A DNA stretch of 64,000 bases from Paramecium tetraurelia (taxonomy: Eukaryota), in assembly GCA_000165425.1 (NCBI GenBank), contig CT868063.1, forward strand, positions 496,001 through 560,000, read 5' to 3'. Positions 1 through 13,709 of this stretch are shown here, piece by piece; position 1 is the first letter of the stretch, and each line of letters opens with the position of its first letter. The notes under the pieces were generated by a model. It searched no databases. It was not told the origin of the DNA and saw nothing but the letters and a program-made list of their open reading frames with translations. The position numbers and the translations under genes are program-made.

Positions 1-1211
1 CTGGCCTTTTGGATGGAGCAGGGTAACCAATTATGAATCAGAATAATAGTATCTATTCAGTCACGTTCTATTTTTGTAATAAATCTTTATCAGACACGCA
101 ATGCACTTATTTTTCCAGTACTATTTGCGGTGACATTATCACTGAATTATCATAGGTAAAAGCAGTTTAATCCGTTTTAGAAAATGGGTGTACCAAAAGA
201 TTATCAATATATTAGCTACTGCCTTGACTAAGAGAAGGCAGAGAACTTTTACAACAGTCCGATTACAAGGTTCTCAAAGGATGGACAATTTTACATTATT
301 TGGGGTTTTACTTAATAGATGTGTAAATAGCACTGAAAAAAATGGTATATTCTATTCTAAATTTAGATTGTGCCTCCCAAGAACAAATTGACTAATTGGT
401 TACTAACTCTAACTTCTATTACTCTTATACAAATTTTTAGTTCAGAAAGGATCTAAATAGTTATCCCTTTGAAACTATGCAGAATTTTGATGTTACAACT
501 TTGTATCCTAAACTAAAAAAATATATAAAAGTATTATACTCTTACAGTGTTGCTTACTTAGAGTATAATCCTTTTTATTTCTTTCCTTAAACCACTGAAT
601 GCCAGTCCATAGAGTATGATTAATCAATAATTGATGCCGTTGTAATTTCAGAAAATGACGCCCAGCTCGCTTAAGTAGAATTACATTTAGGTGTTAAAAA
701 ATTTATAAGTCAAGTTACTTATCAAACCCTGATGGACGTTGCTGCGAAATTAGGCGGATTTTTTACAATTCTCAAAATTTGTATTTCAATAATTTTGCAA
801 CCAATCTAATGGTTTCAATATAGATTATACTTGATTAATCGTTATTTAGACATTAAAAAAGGAAACAGATCCCTTACAAACTTGATAGATATTGATAATC
901 TGAATTTCTTATAGGTGGTATTTTCTAAAAATAAGAGAAAGTACTTTTATGAATAAAATCGGGTTATAGACAAACTATTGGATATTGCAGAAATAGCATT
1001 TAATCCTTTAAAACTTATACGGCAAGTTGAAGACTTACAGTTTTCTATCAAATAACTCGATATTTCGAAAACGAAAAGGTATCGATTAGAAGAAAATGAA
1101 CATGAACAAATAGAAATTAAAAGTATTTGCCGATCCATAAACTAAGAGTTAGATTCAAATGGACAATAAAAAATATTACCAAGCATCAAGATTAATATAA
1201 CGAGCAAGTGA
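1..1211 (+). CDS. 5'-truncated ciliate-family transmembrane protein (possible frameshift near 250-262)
   Basis: Code-6 frame GLLDGAGQPIMNQ...; later LQGSQ..RCVNSTEKN, TLMDVAAKLGGFFTILKICISIIL (TM); TGA at 1209-1211; tiny introns (e.g. 156-180). Confidence 0.65.
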
Positions 1212-1309
1212 TTTAAATATTGGTTATAATTGAAATGTATTTGTATGCTAATCAATGATATAATAAACCATTGAATTAATCTAAATGATTTGTATTTCTT
1301 TAATTATTA

Positions 1310-1945
1310 ATGATTATTCATTAAAACTGGAGATCCGAGAAAATCTAACTTATTAAAGATGTTATTAAAAATAAAAATGTTCTTCCACCCTACGTCTAAG
1401 GAAAAATATTGAAATAGTTGGATTTCTAAGTAAAAGCACTTGAAAATAGAAGCAATGAATCACTTTCTCCAAAAAAGAAAAATACAAATTTGAAACCTCC
1501 ACCACTAACGAAATATGATTCCAAATTTGATAGAAGCTATAGTATAGGAAATCCTTTGGAATAAGAATGCATTAAATGCAAAAAGTTCATATTTTAAAAT
1601 AGTGCTGTGTTGCAATGTACTAAAACTTAGCATCGTATGCATGAGAGATGTATTCTTTAGCATTTTAAGGAATTGTATTTAAATAATCAACTTAATTTTG
1701 GATGTGTTTGTGGTAAGAAACTAATTCCAGAATAGATTAAAGCAATCAATATTAAAGGAATTGAGGACTTGGTTAATTCAATTTATTCAAAATAATTAAA
1801 AGAGATCTCAAATTCAAAATCCATTGAAAAATGTAGAAATCCATAGTGTGATTTTTTTTGGATAAGTGATCTTAGAATGTAAAAATAAAAATATAATGGA
1901 AAGTAATTGAAAACTCTGTCCAAAAAATATTGTCCTTTTTGTTGA
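1310..1945 (+). CDS. RING/IBR-like Cys-rich zinc-binding protein
   Basis: Intronless 211-aa code-6 ORF: CIKC..C..H.MHERC...CVCG, then KCRNPQCDFFW...YCPFC*. Confidence 0.65.
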
Positions 1946-2381
1946 TTGAATGTTTATTGCATGATTTATAAAGAAATTAATTTGTATATTACACGAAAGA
2001 TTGAATCCATTTGTAAACAGTTAAATTCAAATTTCATTTTTGATATTTAATAATTTTAATGTTGTTAGTATTATTTAAATTATTGAGGATCCGCCAATTA
2101 ATGTAAGTGAATTAATTTTATTCTTAAATCAAATCAAAAATATTATCTTTCTTTACACTTCATTATCTACATTCTTTTATTCTGTTATATCTTATCAATT
2201 GATATTTCAACATTTGGAATAATTAAATGTTTAGACATAAAGATATATGTGAGTTGGCTGAATCTTTTGAGATTGATAAAGTACATAGTTTTTCTAATCA
2301 ATAATCGCGAAGATTACTATATATTTGTGTTTTAAATATTCATTTTGTTATTTATGTTATATAATTAATTTAATTTATAGG

Positions 2382-3835
2382 ATGTCAGACGAAGAATAAC
2401 CCCAATGTGATTATCAAAAGTTCCTTAATCAACTACATACAGTTAAAAAAATGGATGATGTTGAAGTCTTAGATTCAAGTGATGAATTTTAAATGGAGAA
2501 GAACGAGACTCAATACAGTTAGCAAAATATTTACCATTCAGGATTGGATGAATTTGTTATTCCACCTAAAGAATAGGACTCAGTTTCAATAGATACTAAG
2601 CCCTACGAAAGTACATAAATTGTTAAACCAAAGATTCAGCCCGTCTAAGTATGCTGTTTAAATTTTAATTAGTTACCTCCTTTATCGAAAAAGATAAACA
2701 AAGCTAATGAGAGAAAATTTTGTTTTAAAAATGTGGAAATCAATTAATAGTTGCTAAAATATGAGACTGTTTTTTATGAAATTGAAAGCTATATTGATGA
2801 AAATGATAAAGCACTTGTTACAAGACAATATTCCGATTTTGAATGGCTATTCGAAGAGCTTGTTGAGAACTTTCCAGGTATCATTATACCTTCCATTCCT
2901 TAAAAGAATATGCTCGCTAAATTCAATATCACAAGCTATACTAGTTCTATTCGATCATAGAGATAAAAAGGTCTTGAAGAATTTTTAAGAAAAGCCTTAA
3001 ATCATGTTCAACTAAAAGATTGTGAGATTATTGAAAAATTTATGACCTTGCAGGATTAAGACTTTAAAAAACTTGTATCGAACTATTAAGCATAAAAATA
3101 ATAGAAATTATTGATAAATGTCAGTAAAAATATGGTTGTGAATGCTTTTGGAAAAATTGGAAACATCTTTTTTAGTATTTATTATTCATTATCTATTCTC
3201 AGATGCATAAAACAATGACAACGAAATGGAAAAATATTGCTAAATTGCTGTATAAGAAATCAATATATAGAAAGTTAAGATCAAGAATATAAGGGATCAA
3301 TTGGAAAAGACCTTCCTCAATAAATATGAATAGAGCAAATAATTTATGAAATTATCCACTCTCTATGATGAAATTTAGAATGATATAGGATACAAGGAGC
3401 ATTTGAATTCAAAATGCGAAACCATATCAATAGCATTGAGAGATTCATTTGCCAATGTTATGCCAATAATCTACACGATTGATGTAATAATATATTGAAA
3501 ATTAGGCTAGTAATACTTATTAGACATGGAAGTAGTTTTGAATAGTGTAAAATATAGGGCAGATTTATAGTAATTGATAACTGATCATGCTGCTGCTTTA
3601 ACAAGTGCCAAATATACTGTATAATATATTTTTAATTGAATAGCCTGAACAATAAGCCTTGATCTAGACATAATTAAATGATCATTAAAAAAACATGAGT
3701 AAGTTTGTGGAAAGCTTTAAAAACGAATATGAAACCTTTACAGATCAATATAATAAACATTTTAATAAGATGATGCAGACAGTATTACAAGTATGGCAAT
3801 AAATCAATACTCAAATGTAAGAAACTTGGCTTTGA
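2382..3835 (+). CDS. PX-domain (sorting nexin-like) protein with C-terminal helical region
   Basis: VTRQYSDFEWLFEELVENFPGIIIPSIPQK...RQKGLEEFLRKALNH is the PX signature; ends ...MQETWL*. Confidence 0.85.
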
Positions 3836-4091
3836 TTTTTTAATAAAGAAACTAATTTAATAGTTATTAATCATTACATTAATTTTCTAAATTTTCTTAA
3901 CTTTTCAAAATCATTTACTAGCTTCTTAAATTTTAAAATCCTGTCTTAATCTTTATTTAATTTTATAACCTTTCTCAATATTTTCATAAGACAGAAATTA
4001 GAAGTAACTACTTATCAATAATAGGTGAAGTTAGAGCTGAATATAAATAAGTGACAATGTATATAAGCTGAACAATTTATTTAGATAATAA

Positions 4092-5385
4092 TCAATCTTA
4101 AAATACCTATTGAAAAAAGGGATGATGAACTAGTTTTCTCAAAGGTATTCTTTCTTCAGGATCTATTCTAAGCATTTTTCTAATCAGATCAATAAAAATG
4201 GCATGTTTAGCTGGTATTAATTCTTCAAAAGTTTTCAATTTTTTAACTCTTTCTATTGCAGAATCACTTGGTGCCACAGAATTCCATTTGAAATATGATC
4301 GATGTTAATCAAAGTACCTCTAATTTCAATAAGTGTACTTTTAATCATAATTGAAGAATGTTTTATATTTGGAGTTCTTGAAATGACGGTAATCCATAGG
4401 TCCAATAGCTTTTTCGATCATGGCTATGTGTTCTAAATCATCTTTATTTTAGAAATACAATTCGCCTAGAATAATCAAAATTAATTAATACCGGTATACA
4501 ATTCTAATAAGACACAAGCTAAGCACCAAATATCACTCCTCTCATTCCATTTTGGATAGCCCATAATCACTTCAGGAGCACGATATTGTCTTGTGTTAAT
4601 GACAGTACTGTGATATTCATGTTCAAAGGTGGCGCCCCCAAGATCTATAATTTTAAGGATTTCTTTTTCAGGAACCCATATTCTAAATAAAATGGAATAT
4701 AAATAGATACTGTCTTCCTTTGAAGGGGACCAACTTATATTCACAATTTGTAGTTAAGATATTTTCAGGTTTGAGATCTGTATGAGTTATCTAATTTTGA
4801 TGAAGGAAAGCCACTGAGATGATGATCTATTTAGCAAATGATTACACATATTTCATAGGAAAACCGATGTAATTGTTCTGTTTTATTAAGTCATATAATG
4901 ATTTCCCTAACTTAATGATTATTTTAGAAATACCCTCTCGAAAACCATGAAATAATTGTTATATCTTTCAAACGATGTAAACAGCCTCACAATATTAAAT
5001 GCCCCACTCTTATCCTTATCCTATATATACCACAATATTTTGGTTTCGATTTTGGCTGATTCTATGTACCTTTCTACAGCCCTTATGCACTTTTAAATCC
5101 AAATAATATTACTTTCATGGCATAATAATTATTATTAGCAGTATTACAGGTTTTAACTTCTAAAACACGACCAAAGGTGCCATCTCCTAAAAACCGTGTT
5201 ATCATAAATTATCCTGCTTTTATTTTCATGCCTATTTGATATTCAAAATGGCCAGCATCTTAATCCTCTTTCTTTTTGTTTTTTCTTTTCTATTTTTTGT
5301 GAGAGTATCTAGATGAAGATGATGAACTTGAGGATGATGATCTTGATGAAGACCTTGAAGATGAGGAACTAGAGGAAGAACTCAT
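4092..5385 (-). CDS. CLK/LAMMER-family dual-specificity kinase
   Basis: LGDGTFGRV, HTDLKPEN, IDLGGATFEHEYHSTVINTRQYRAPEV, EHIAMIEK (EHLAMMER variant); Ser/Arg/Lys-rich N-terminus. Confidence 0.92.
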
Positions 5386-6214
5386 TAAAATAAATAAATT
5401 AATTATTTGATAATCATTCTAATTTTGGGATTATATCCTATTTATTTTATTATAAATCCTAAAATATACTATACTATTCTCATTATGATAATCCATTTTA
5501 CTTGTATTTCCTTTTTAAAGAGATTTTATATACCTATTTCAATTAAAAAGTATTTTCTTTGTTTATACACTCTATTATTATAATCTTGTCTAATATATAT
5601 ATATTCCACTCAAACTATCAATTATTTTTTCTAAAACTAATGTTAAAATTGAAAGACAATATTCTATTAATGAAAAAACTCGTTTCAATAAACTATCTAT
5701 TGTCTTATTTATTCATATTTTAACTTTATAGTATAAGATACTATACAATAATTTAGTATTGAATAATCATTTATAATCGATTTTGAACTTTCTTATATTA
5801 AATTTAAAACAAATTGGAATTTACGCAAAATCACATCAATGATCATTTAAATATTGGTAATCATTAGATCAAAAGAATTAAAATCGTTTACAAAAAAAAT
5901 AAAAATTTTTTTGATTTAATAATTGCTTATATAATCATATCTTATTAATTATAATACAGTATTTAGATTATAAAATTCTAATATTGAGTAAAATAAATGA
6001 TGAAATTGCTTGAGAATAGCGTTTACAGGATTATATATTAAAAATACTCTTCTATTTTAATCAAGGTTTTATCTCAATTTTGAAGTTTATAAATTAAATG
6101 TGTATTTAATTAGAATTTTTAAGATAACCTCTATTTATTTGTGTTATTTTCTCCTTCGCAATTAATTCTTTATTGAATAAAATAATAAAAATTTTATATA
6201 ATTTATTTAAAATT

Positions 6215-7482
6215 ATGTCAAAGAAAAGAAAGAATAGCTCTTCCTCATCATCATCCTCGTCTTCATCTTCCTCTCCGGAGAAAAAGATCTTTGTTAACCA
6301 ATGTGACAAGTATAAGGAAGAGAGATAGTCTGAAATTCGGATTCATTTCTACTTTAAGGATTTGTACATAGGGGGACTAAGAGAAGATGAATTTTTGTTT
6401 TATTTACATGGACGCATATAAAAGGCTGTAAGAATCTCTCTTTCTAAAAGAGGGTCCATGCGATTTGTTACAAATTAGTTCAATTAATAAGGAAACACAA
6501 ACAATTGATGTTGCTGTGGGATTCAAATATGATGATGATGCACTCAAAGTATATTAGGGGAAGGTCTCCGTAAAGACAAAGGACAAACTGACACCAATCT
6601 TATCCAAAGTCTACACAGAAGTGTTAAAAGAACAAGGACATATGATGAAAGAATAATAGAGTGATTTTCGTAAGTCCCAATAGAAAGAATTGTCACGTGA
6701 AAAGGAGAAGCCCCAACAATACATTCCAACCTATAATTGTATAAATATCACCAATTTAGATAACATATCTAAGGAATAGCTATACATCTTTGGAGTTCCT
6801 AAAGAATTTACTATAGAAGATTGCATATCCGAGATTAAGCAGACCTACGATTTAGTGGTTAAGCCTGAGGGAATATTTAGATCAGAGAAGGTTGGAGACA
6901 TAACATATGAATATTTGGAATTGTAAGTGGAGAGGATTCCTTGCCAATAGATTCTAAAGAAGTTGCCTTTGGTATTAAAGAACATCTCCTTGTTATGCAT
7001 ATAAAAGAAGAAGCGAACAGATCCTTTTAATGATGTGTTGAAGCCTTATCAGGTGGTATTAAGTGGCAAAGTGAATCTGTCATAAGTCTATGCTCATATG
7101 AATACAATAGGAGGAGTATTATTTCATTAAATTAGGTAATTATTTATTTATAATAATATCAAATAGTGAATAAAAGTATTGCATAATGATGCAAAGTGAA
7201 TAATCAGTAATTGACTTAAAATTGCCTTGCACTCTAGATATCTAGAAGGTCTAATGTTAGGTAAGTCAAAGTCCTGACTTTAATTTGCAAATGGGAAGAC
7301 CTAGTCTGAATGAAACAACCTATTATAAGATTTAAGAGTTCAAAAAGAAGCAAGAAGAAATGAAATTAGCTCGCTTACATTCGAGTTCAAGTTCGAGTTC
7401 TAGTTCCAGCTCTAGTTCCAGTTCTAGAAGTAGAAGCAGAAACAAAAAGAAGAAGAAGCACCATCACAAGAAGAAGCATTGA
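6215..7482 (+). CDS. Putative RNA-binding protein with degenerate RRM-like segments and Ser/Arg/Lys-rich termini
   Basis: MSKKRKNSSSSSSS...; LYIGGL and LYIFGVP RNP2-like segments; C-terminal SSSSSRSRSRNKKKKKHHHKKKH*. Confidence 0.6.
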
Positions 7483-7555
7483 GGTTTTATATATATAAAT
7501 ATATTGATCTTTGATAAAGTTTTGTTTTGGATATAATTGCATTATAATTTTTATT

Positions 7556-8946
7556 ATGAAAATATTATTAGTTAATGCATTTGCTCCAACACCAAAAGGA
7601 TAAAAATAGTTTTTAGATTTCCGCTATATTGTTTAAAAAGCCTTTATTAATTATGTATTATTAGTGATATGAATAGTCTGAAGTTCCAGATTAGGAGATG
7701 GAATATATAGTGAGGGATTTTTCATCTATTTCTGATTTCTTGTATGAAATTTAAAGCTCTTATGTCAATCAAAATGCTGTTCAGTAATAGTATAATCATA
7801 TTAAGAGCATTTAATGCATTTGATATAATATTTGTAGCTGGAAGTGGAACTACATTGCCATGGTCATAATAGATGGAAAAGATTTTAGTTCTCCAAAGAA
7901 TGTGCATCAAAATTAATAAGTATTTATTTGCCTGCGGTTGTGGAATGATGGGATTAGTATTTCTATCCGCATCTAACTTTGATAGAACTGTTTATTTTAC
8001 CAATGATGAATTACATCCTTAAAAGTACTTTATAGAGAAAAGCACTGGCGATATTTTTGTATATCATCCTGATACGAAAACATGGCAACCTAAAAGCAAT
8101 GCAGGATTGCACAATAACAAAGCAGCACAAGAGTTTCAGACTTTGGGAAAGTACATACTGAAAGCTCCTATTTATCGTCCATTTAAAAATATTGAAGTAT
8201 ATGCCAGTAAAACTAATGAAATCATCGTACATATAAAATCCTCCCATGTCAATCATTACATATTTGAAGGTGTAAAAAGTTAGTCTTTTGTTGCTACTAC
8301 ATCTTCAAAGTGGGATGTTCATTCATTTTCATTTCCTTCTATTGAAAGAGCATTCACAATTTTAGCAGAATCTGATAGAGGTCCTATCATTATTGAATAT
8401 GGCTCCTATATTATAGCCACTTTATTTGATATTTCATTAAATTATGAGGCAACCACTTAGATTATTGGCAATTTCATCAAAACTACAGTAGATAAGATAA
8501 AAGGAGGAGCTAAGATTTAAGAACAATCAAAAGGGGTTTATATAGGAAAGAACAAATTCAAAGCAAAAAGAAATCTAAAAATTGAGTTGCTCTATCGATC
8601 AGCTCCAAATTCCCCTGAACATTCATAATAATAATCTTTCAAACACAGTGGTTTTGCTGTAAAAAGGATCTTAATAAATATTTACTTCATAAATTTCATT
8701 TCAACTCACAGTTTTCATTAATCTCCTTAGTTGACTAAGAGAATACCATTGAGTAAAAAGTTGAGAGACTTGAAATTAGAATAAACTGAATAAGAGTAAT
8801 AAAATTTTCAATCCCCTTAATCCTGTATGACAAGAAATGAAATTATTAAATTCCTGCACCCTTCTTTAGATATGGAATTTAGTTCTTTCTGGATTCCCGG
8901 TTAACAACCTAAATTATCCAATACTCTTAAATCGAAAAGAAAATGA
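7556..8946 (+). CDS. Class I glutamine amidotransferase-like fold protein (probably non-catalytic)
   Basis: MKILLVNAF, FDIIFVAGSGTTLPW, YLFACGCGMM, ILAESDRGPIII, IIATLFDIS...IIGNF follow the order of GATase1 elements. Confidence 0.6.
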
Positions 8947-10069
8947 CTTTATTTGATTATCAATTTATTGACTCTATTTAATTCATATATATATTTAGAA
9001 TATTTCTTCGAAGTAATGATAAAGAATTAGAATGATCAATTATTGTCAATATTTAATCTTGTTGAATCAAATTCACTTTGTTTATTAATAAGAAGTTTGC
9101 TTTTTATAAAGTTTACAAATCAAAATATAAAATATAATATTTATCAAATGAGGCTAAGTAATATCTAATGGAACTTATTAAAATTTTAATAAAAAATTTA
9201 ATAATTATTAAGTCCTTTATAATACTTAATAATAATTAAATAATATAAATTAATTTAAATCTTATACTTTAAATAAAGGATTAAATTTTTTATATTCTTT
9301 TTGATCTGAGCCTTAAAATTCTCTTTTGCGAACAAAATTCACGCCCGAGATCAAAGTGCATCTTTAAACCTCTTAATATTTAACTTCATATTTTTTGAAT
9401 ATAATTTGAGATAAAGAATTTTCTTGTGGCCTTTAATTCTTTCTTTTTTCTATACATTTCAAGAATATATCACTCAACTTTTGTTCTATAAACAAATTAA
9501 ATTTATTATAGTCTAATTGCTTTATATAAAATACTGAATTTATTTAATTAGTCATTTATTATCAATTCATTTTTTAAGAAAACATTAGCACATTCGAACT
9601 CATTGCAAATATCAACTTAGTATGATTATTGATTGCATGGTTTGAAATAATGTTGGTAAAATTCTATAAAAAAATAAGGGATACAATATTTGACAAAAAA
9701 TGAGGATTTTATTTATCATTTAAAGAAATCTAAATACAATTAGAATGAACATCTCAATTTAAAGAGTTAATATTGGAAAAAACTTATTAAATAAGATGAC
9801 AATAATCTAGACACAATTTTATGATAAATTTATTTTAAAATTGAATGTTTTTTTGCTTAAATATCATATTTTACTCACGAGTGTTATCTATACAAAGAAG
9901 CATTTAAAATTTGATAACTAAGATTAATTATTAATGAAGAAATAATTCATTAAAATAAAAATAATTATTATTGGAGGTTGTAATGATATTTTATAATATG
10001 ATGATTATTATTGGAATAAATAAGTTTAAAATAAATTGATAAACAAAGGGAAGTGTTCAAATTTCTCAA

Positions 10070-11379
10070 TCAAGATCTAAATGGATTTCTGAGTTATGGA
10101 AAATCAAGTTGTTTCAATCTACAATATTAATAATAAATTACTGTGTACATAGATCTTCTATCTAAAATTATTCTTCTTCAAAATACGAATGTTGTAAACA
10201 GGTTGAAGCACTGGGTCTGTATTTAACAATTGCTATCATGGATTACAACAATTCCAAAGCATTGAGATTGCAGATTTATGATAATGAAGTAATGCTATTT
10301 CTATTCAATTATAATAATTCTGAGGCTTTAGTGGACTTAGGTGTGTTGTATAGTTTTTTTCCAGTCAGCAATGCATGAAATACACAACCCAGGCTATAAA
10401 TGTCACATAATTGATTGTATTGACCCATGTTTAAAATTTCTGGGGCTATATAGCCAGGAGTTCCACATCTTTAATAGGAAAACATCTCATCATTGATTAA
10501 TGTCGAGTACCCAAAGTCCATAATTCGAATTGAGTTTGGATCATTTTTTCTCAGTAACATTATATTGTCTAATTTTATATCTCTGTGCATAATTCCTATG
10601 TTATGAAGATGATTCAGTCCAATTAGTAATTTTCTCATCATTTCTTATGTAACTAATTCTGGCAAATTTAAATCATTCTGAACTAGATATTCATAGAGTG
10701 TTCCACCTTTACAATGTGGCATAATGTAAATAACCGATTGATCGCATATGAAAATTTGGTGGGCTCCTAAAAGATATTAATGAGGATTGTAAGATAATTT
10801 CATATAAATCTTAGCCTCGCTCATTACAAAAGACTAAATTAGTTTGAATAATTACATTATGGTCAGAATCAACGTGCTTATTTTTGAGAAACTTAACTTG
10901 TTTGGCTACGACAATCTCCTCTGTTAGTATATTTTTACATATCATAATCTAGAATAGGATGAGGGAAATTACTTCGACATTTTTATGAGATTTAATAACC
11001 TCTAATTTCTGGTAAAACTATTTAAAATTTCTATAGAATGCTTTTCCATTTAGTTTGTTTTGTAAGTCCTGTAAGGCCTCTGGCTTTTAGTAATACACAA
11101 TTCTTTAATTTTATTTTGTGTCATACACCATCATTTCTGTGATTATGTTGTTCCTAAATAATATTAACATGATACTCATAATGCCATTTGATTTGGCAGT
11201 CCATTGAAGTCAAATCGAATTTCCTATCAATCAAATTCAGTCCTTCTCTCTAACCAATATAAATAAATACATACCTTATTTATTATGAGATAATTTTCCA
11301 ACAAATATGCGAATCTCTGTTCTTTCTCATTGTTTTGCTTTTTCAAGAGTGAGGTTGTAAAATAAAATATATTGCTCAT
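10070..11379 (-). CDS. Ser/Thr kinase, CAMK-like, with N-terminal PH-like region
   Basis: VVAKQV, MHRDIKLDNI, DFG, CGTPGYIAPE, CDIYSLG, YRPSASTCLQHSYF. Confidence 0.88.
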
Positions 11380-11465
11380 AGTAAAAAAGATATAGATAAT
11401 AAATAATCAAAAAATGTAAGAAATTTGTTACTATAAAAACACTGAGTTTTAGCAATTCTTTTCAA

Positions 11466-11683
11466 NNNNNNNNNNNNNNNNNNNNNNNNNNNNNNNNNNN
11501 NNNNNNNNNNNNNNNNNNNNNNNNNNNNNNNNNNNNNNNNNNNNNNNNNNNNNNNNNNNNNNNNNNNNNNNNNNNNNNNNNNNNNNNNNNNNNNNNNNNN
11601 NNNNNNNNNNNNNNNNNNNNNNNNNNNNNNNNNNNNNNNNNNNNNNNNNNNNNNNNNNNNNNNNNNNNNNNNNNNNNNNNNNN
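11466..11683. other. Assembly gap (218 N)
   Basis: Run of N. Confidence 0.99.
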
Positions 11684-13021
11684 AACAACAGAAATTATTT
11701 TAGAGATCTTTTTTTACTTTTGAAAAATGGAAATTCAGGTATCCTAAATTTTTATTCTAACATAAAAACAAATAAATAAGTTGATAAAACTTTTAATGAT
11801 TTTATAATATTTATTTATTAGAATCAAAATTATAAAATAGCCTTTATTAATATTACAGGCGACAGTGTCATACTATAAATGATGTTTATTGAATAATTTT
11901 CTTGAAAATCTATTTCTATATCTTATTCAATTCAAATCCCATACTAAATTTATATATATTATAATTTTGGATATTCATTCCTATTCATAATATTAAATTT
12001 ATTAATCCATTCACCTATTTCTAATTATAAATTTATGTAAAATTTAAATAAATTTTAATCTATAATTAATTCATGTTGTGATTTAATGATTCAAAATTTT
12101 ATGAACACTATGATATTTAACATTAAATTTCAGAAGGTTGTTGATTTGCCTTAACCAATCTAACTATCCGGCTGATCAAATTTACCATTTTTAGATTGAT
12201 ATCAAAATTTAAAGGAAAATTTGCATTTTGACATGATTATATATCGGACGAATGTTACTTGATTCTTTATATTTTCATATAAAAGTTCAAAAGACCATAG
12301 AAATACTTTTAACTATTCAAATACAAAGGAATTCAAAGATCTCTAATTCGAATTGAAACATGATAAAAGGGTTGAATAATTGATTAGTTGTGAGGAAATT
12401 TACCAAAATATTATTAATATCGAATTTATTACTTATTATATATGATAAAATTAAAAAAGATGCAACATTTTTATAGTAGCTTTTGTTTTCATAGGGCAAA
12501 TATTTACCAATAGTTTAAAATATTTAAATTATTTATGAATATAAAAATTATGAATAAAATTAGCTCACCAGAATTATGAAGAAACAGATAGAATTATTGG
12601 GAATCGTGAATTATAACAATATTCCATTTATCATGAGTTACTCAATAGATTAAATCAAACTGTTAACTCAACACTTAATAGAAATCATTAATAATTATTG
12701 AAATAATAATAAAAAAAATAAAGCATACTTAAATTATATAAATTAAAATCTGATTAATGACAATAAATAAGCATAAAGTTCAAATAGGCAAGTCTTTCCA
12801 AAAAAATATAATAAAAACTCATTGTAAATTACAATAATTACTTGTAAAATCAAATTAAGGTTTTGAAAGAAAAATTAATAATTTTTCCTGATGAGTATTC
12901 AGCAAACTCTATATGGTGACCAGTTTTTTTTATTTTTAATATAATCGAATTGGTATACTAAATTTAACATTTCTTCAATATAATTCAATATAAAATTATA
13001 ATTAAAAGAAATTAATTAATA

Positions 13022-13709
13022 ATGGATGAAGAATTACAGGTAATTTTTCTGTTGATCAGCATAGATTAAAGAATAATTGACATAAGTTCCATTCCACACT
13101 TTATTGGGTTTTGAGAAGTAAATGAAATCTCAGTAATAAGCTAAAACCCAAATCAAGGATTAAGAATTGCCAAAAAAACTCAAAGGAGGGTATATATTTG
13201 ATGTATTATTAAAATGAAGTCCTGAAGTAAGAGATGCAAGAAAACCATTGCCAAAGATCAAAAATTAGCCATAGAAAAAATAAGAACAAAGAGATCCAAG
13301 ATTCGATAAAACATCTGGTGATTTAAGTTTAACCAAATTTTATAAATCTTATGATTTTATTGGAAAAATGAAATCAAATGAGATGTAAGTCCTAAAAAAG
13401 TAATCCGAAAAACTTGACAATGAATCCAAATAAAAAATAAAATAAATAATTGGTAAATAGAAAGATGAACTAATCAAATAAGAATAATTTTTGAAAAAAT
13501 AACAAACGTTTTCTAAATTAAAGAAAAAGAATTATCATCCTAAATAAAGTAAATCATCAATTTATAATTTAGGTATTATCAAATAAGAATTATTAAAATA
13601 AAAGTTTGATTCGCTTGAAGCTACAGGAAAGCTGGATGCATATATGAAATAAAAGAAGAAATCAATATCAAAGAAACTTGATTTTGCATCTAAAAAAATT
13701 AAAAAATGA
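13022..13709 (+). CDS. RRP36: rRNA biogenesis protein RRP36 (DUF947)
   Basis: PEVRDARKPL, RDPRFDKTSGDLSLTKFYKSYDFI, KFDSLEATGKLDAYMKQKKK. Confidence 0.8.

Noticed and set aside
5400..6200. Very AT-rich spacers as retained IESs or transposon remnants
   Set aside because: No convincing TA-bounded inverted ends interrupting a gene and no transposase fragments seen; cannot be supported without germline/somatic comparison.
11449..11688. Poly-X ORF
   Set aside because: Artefact of the N gap.
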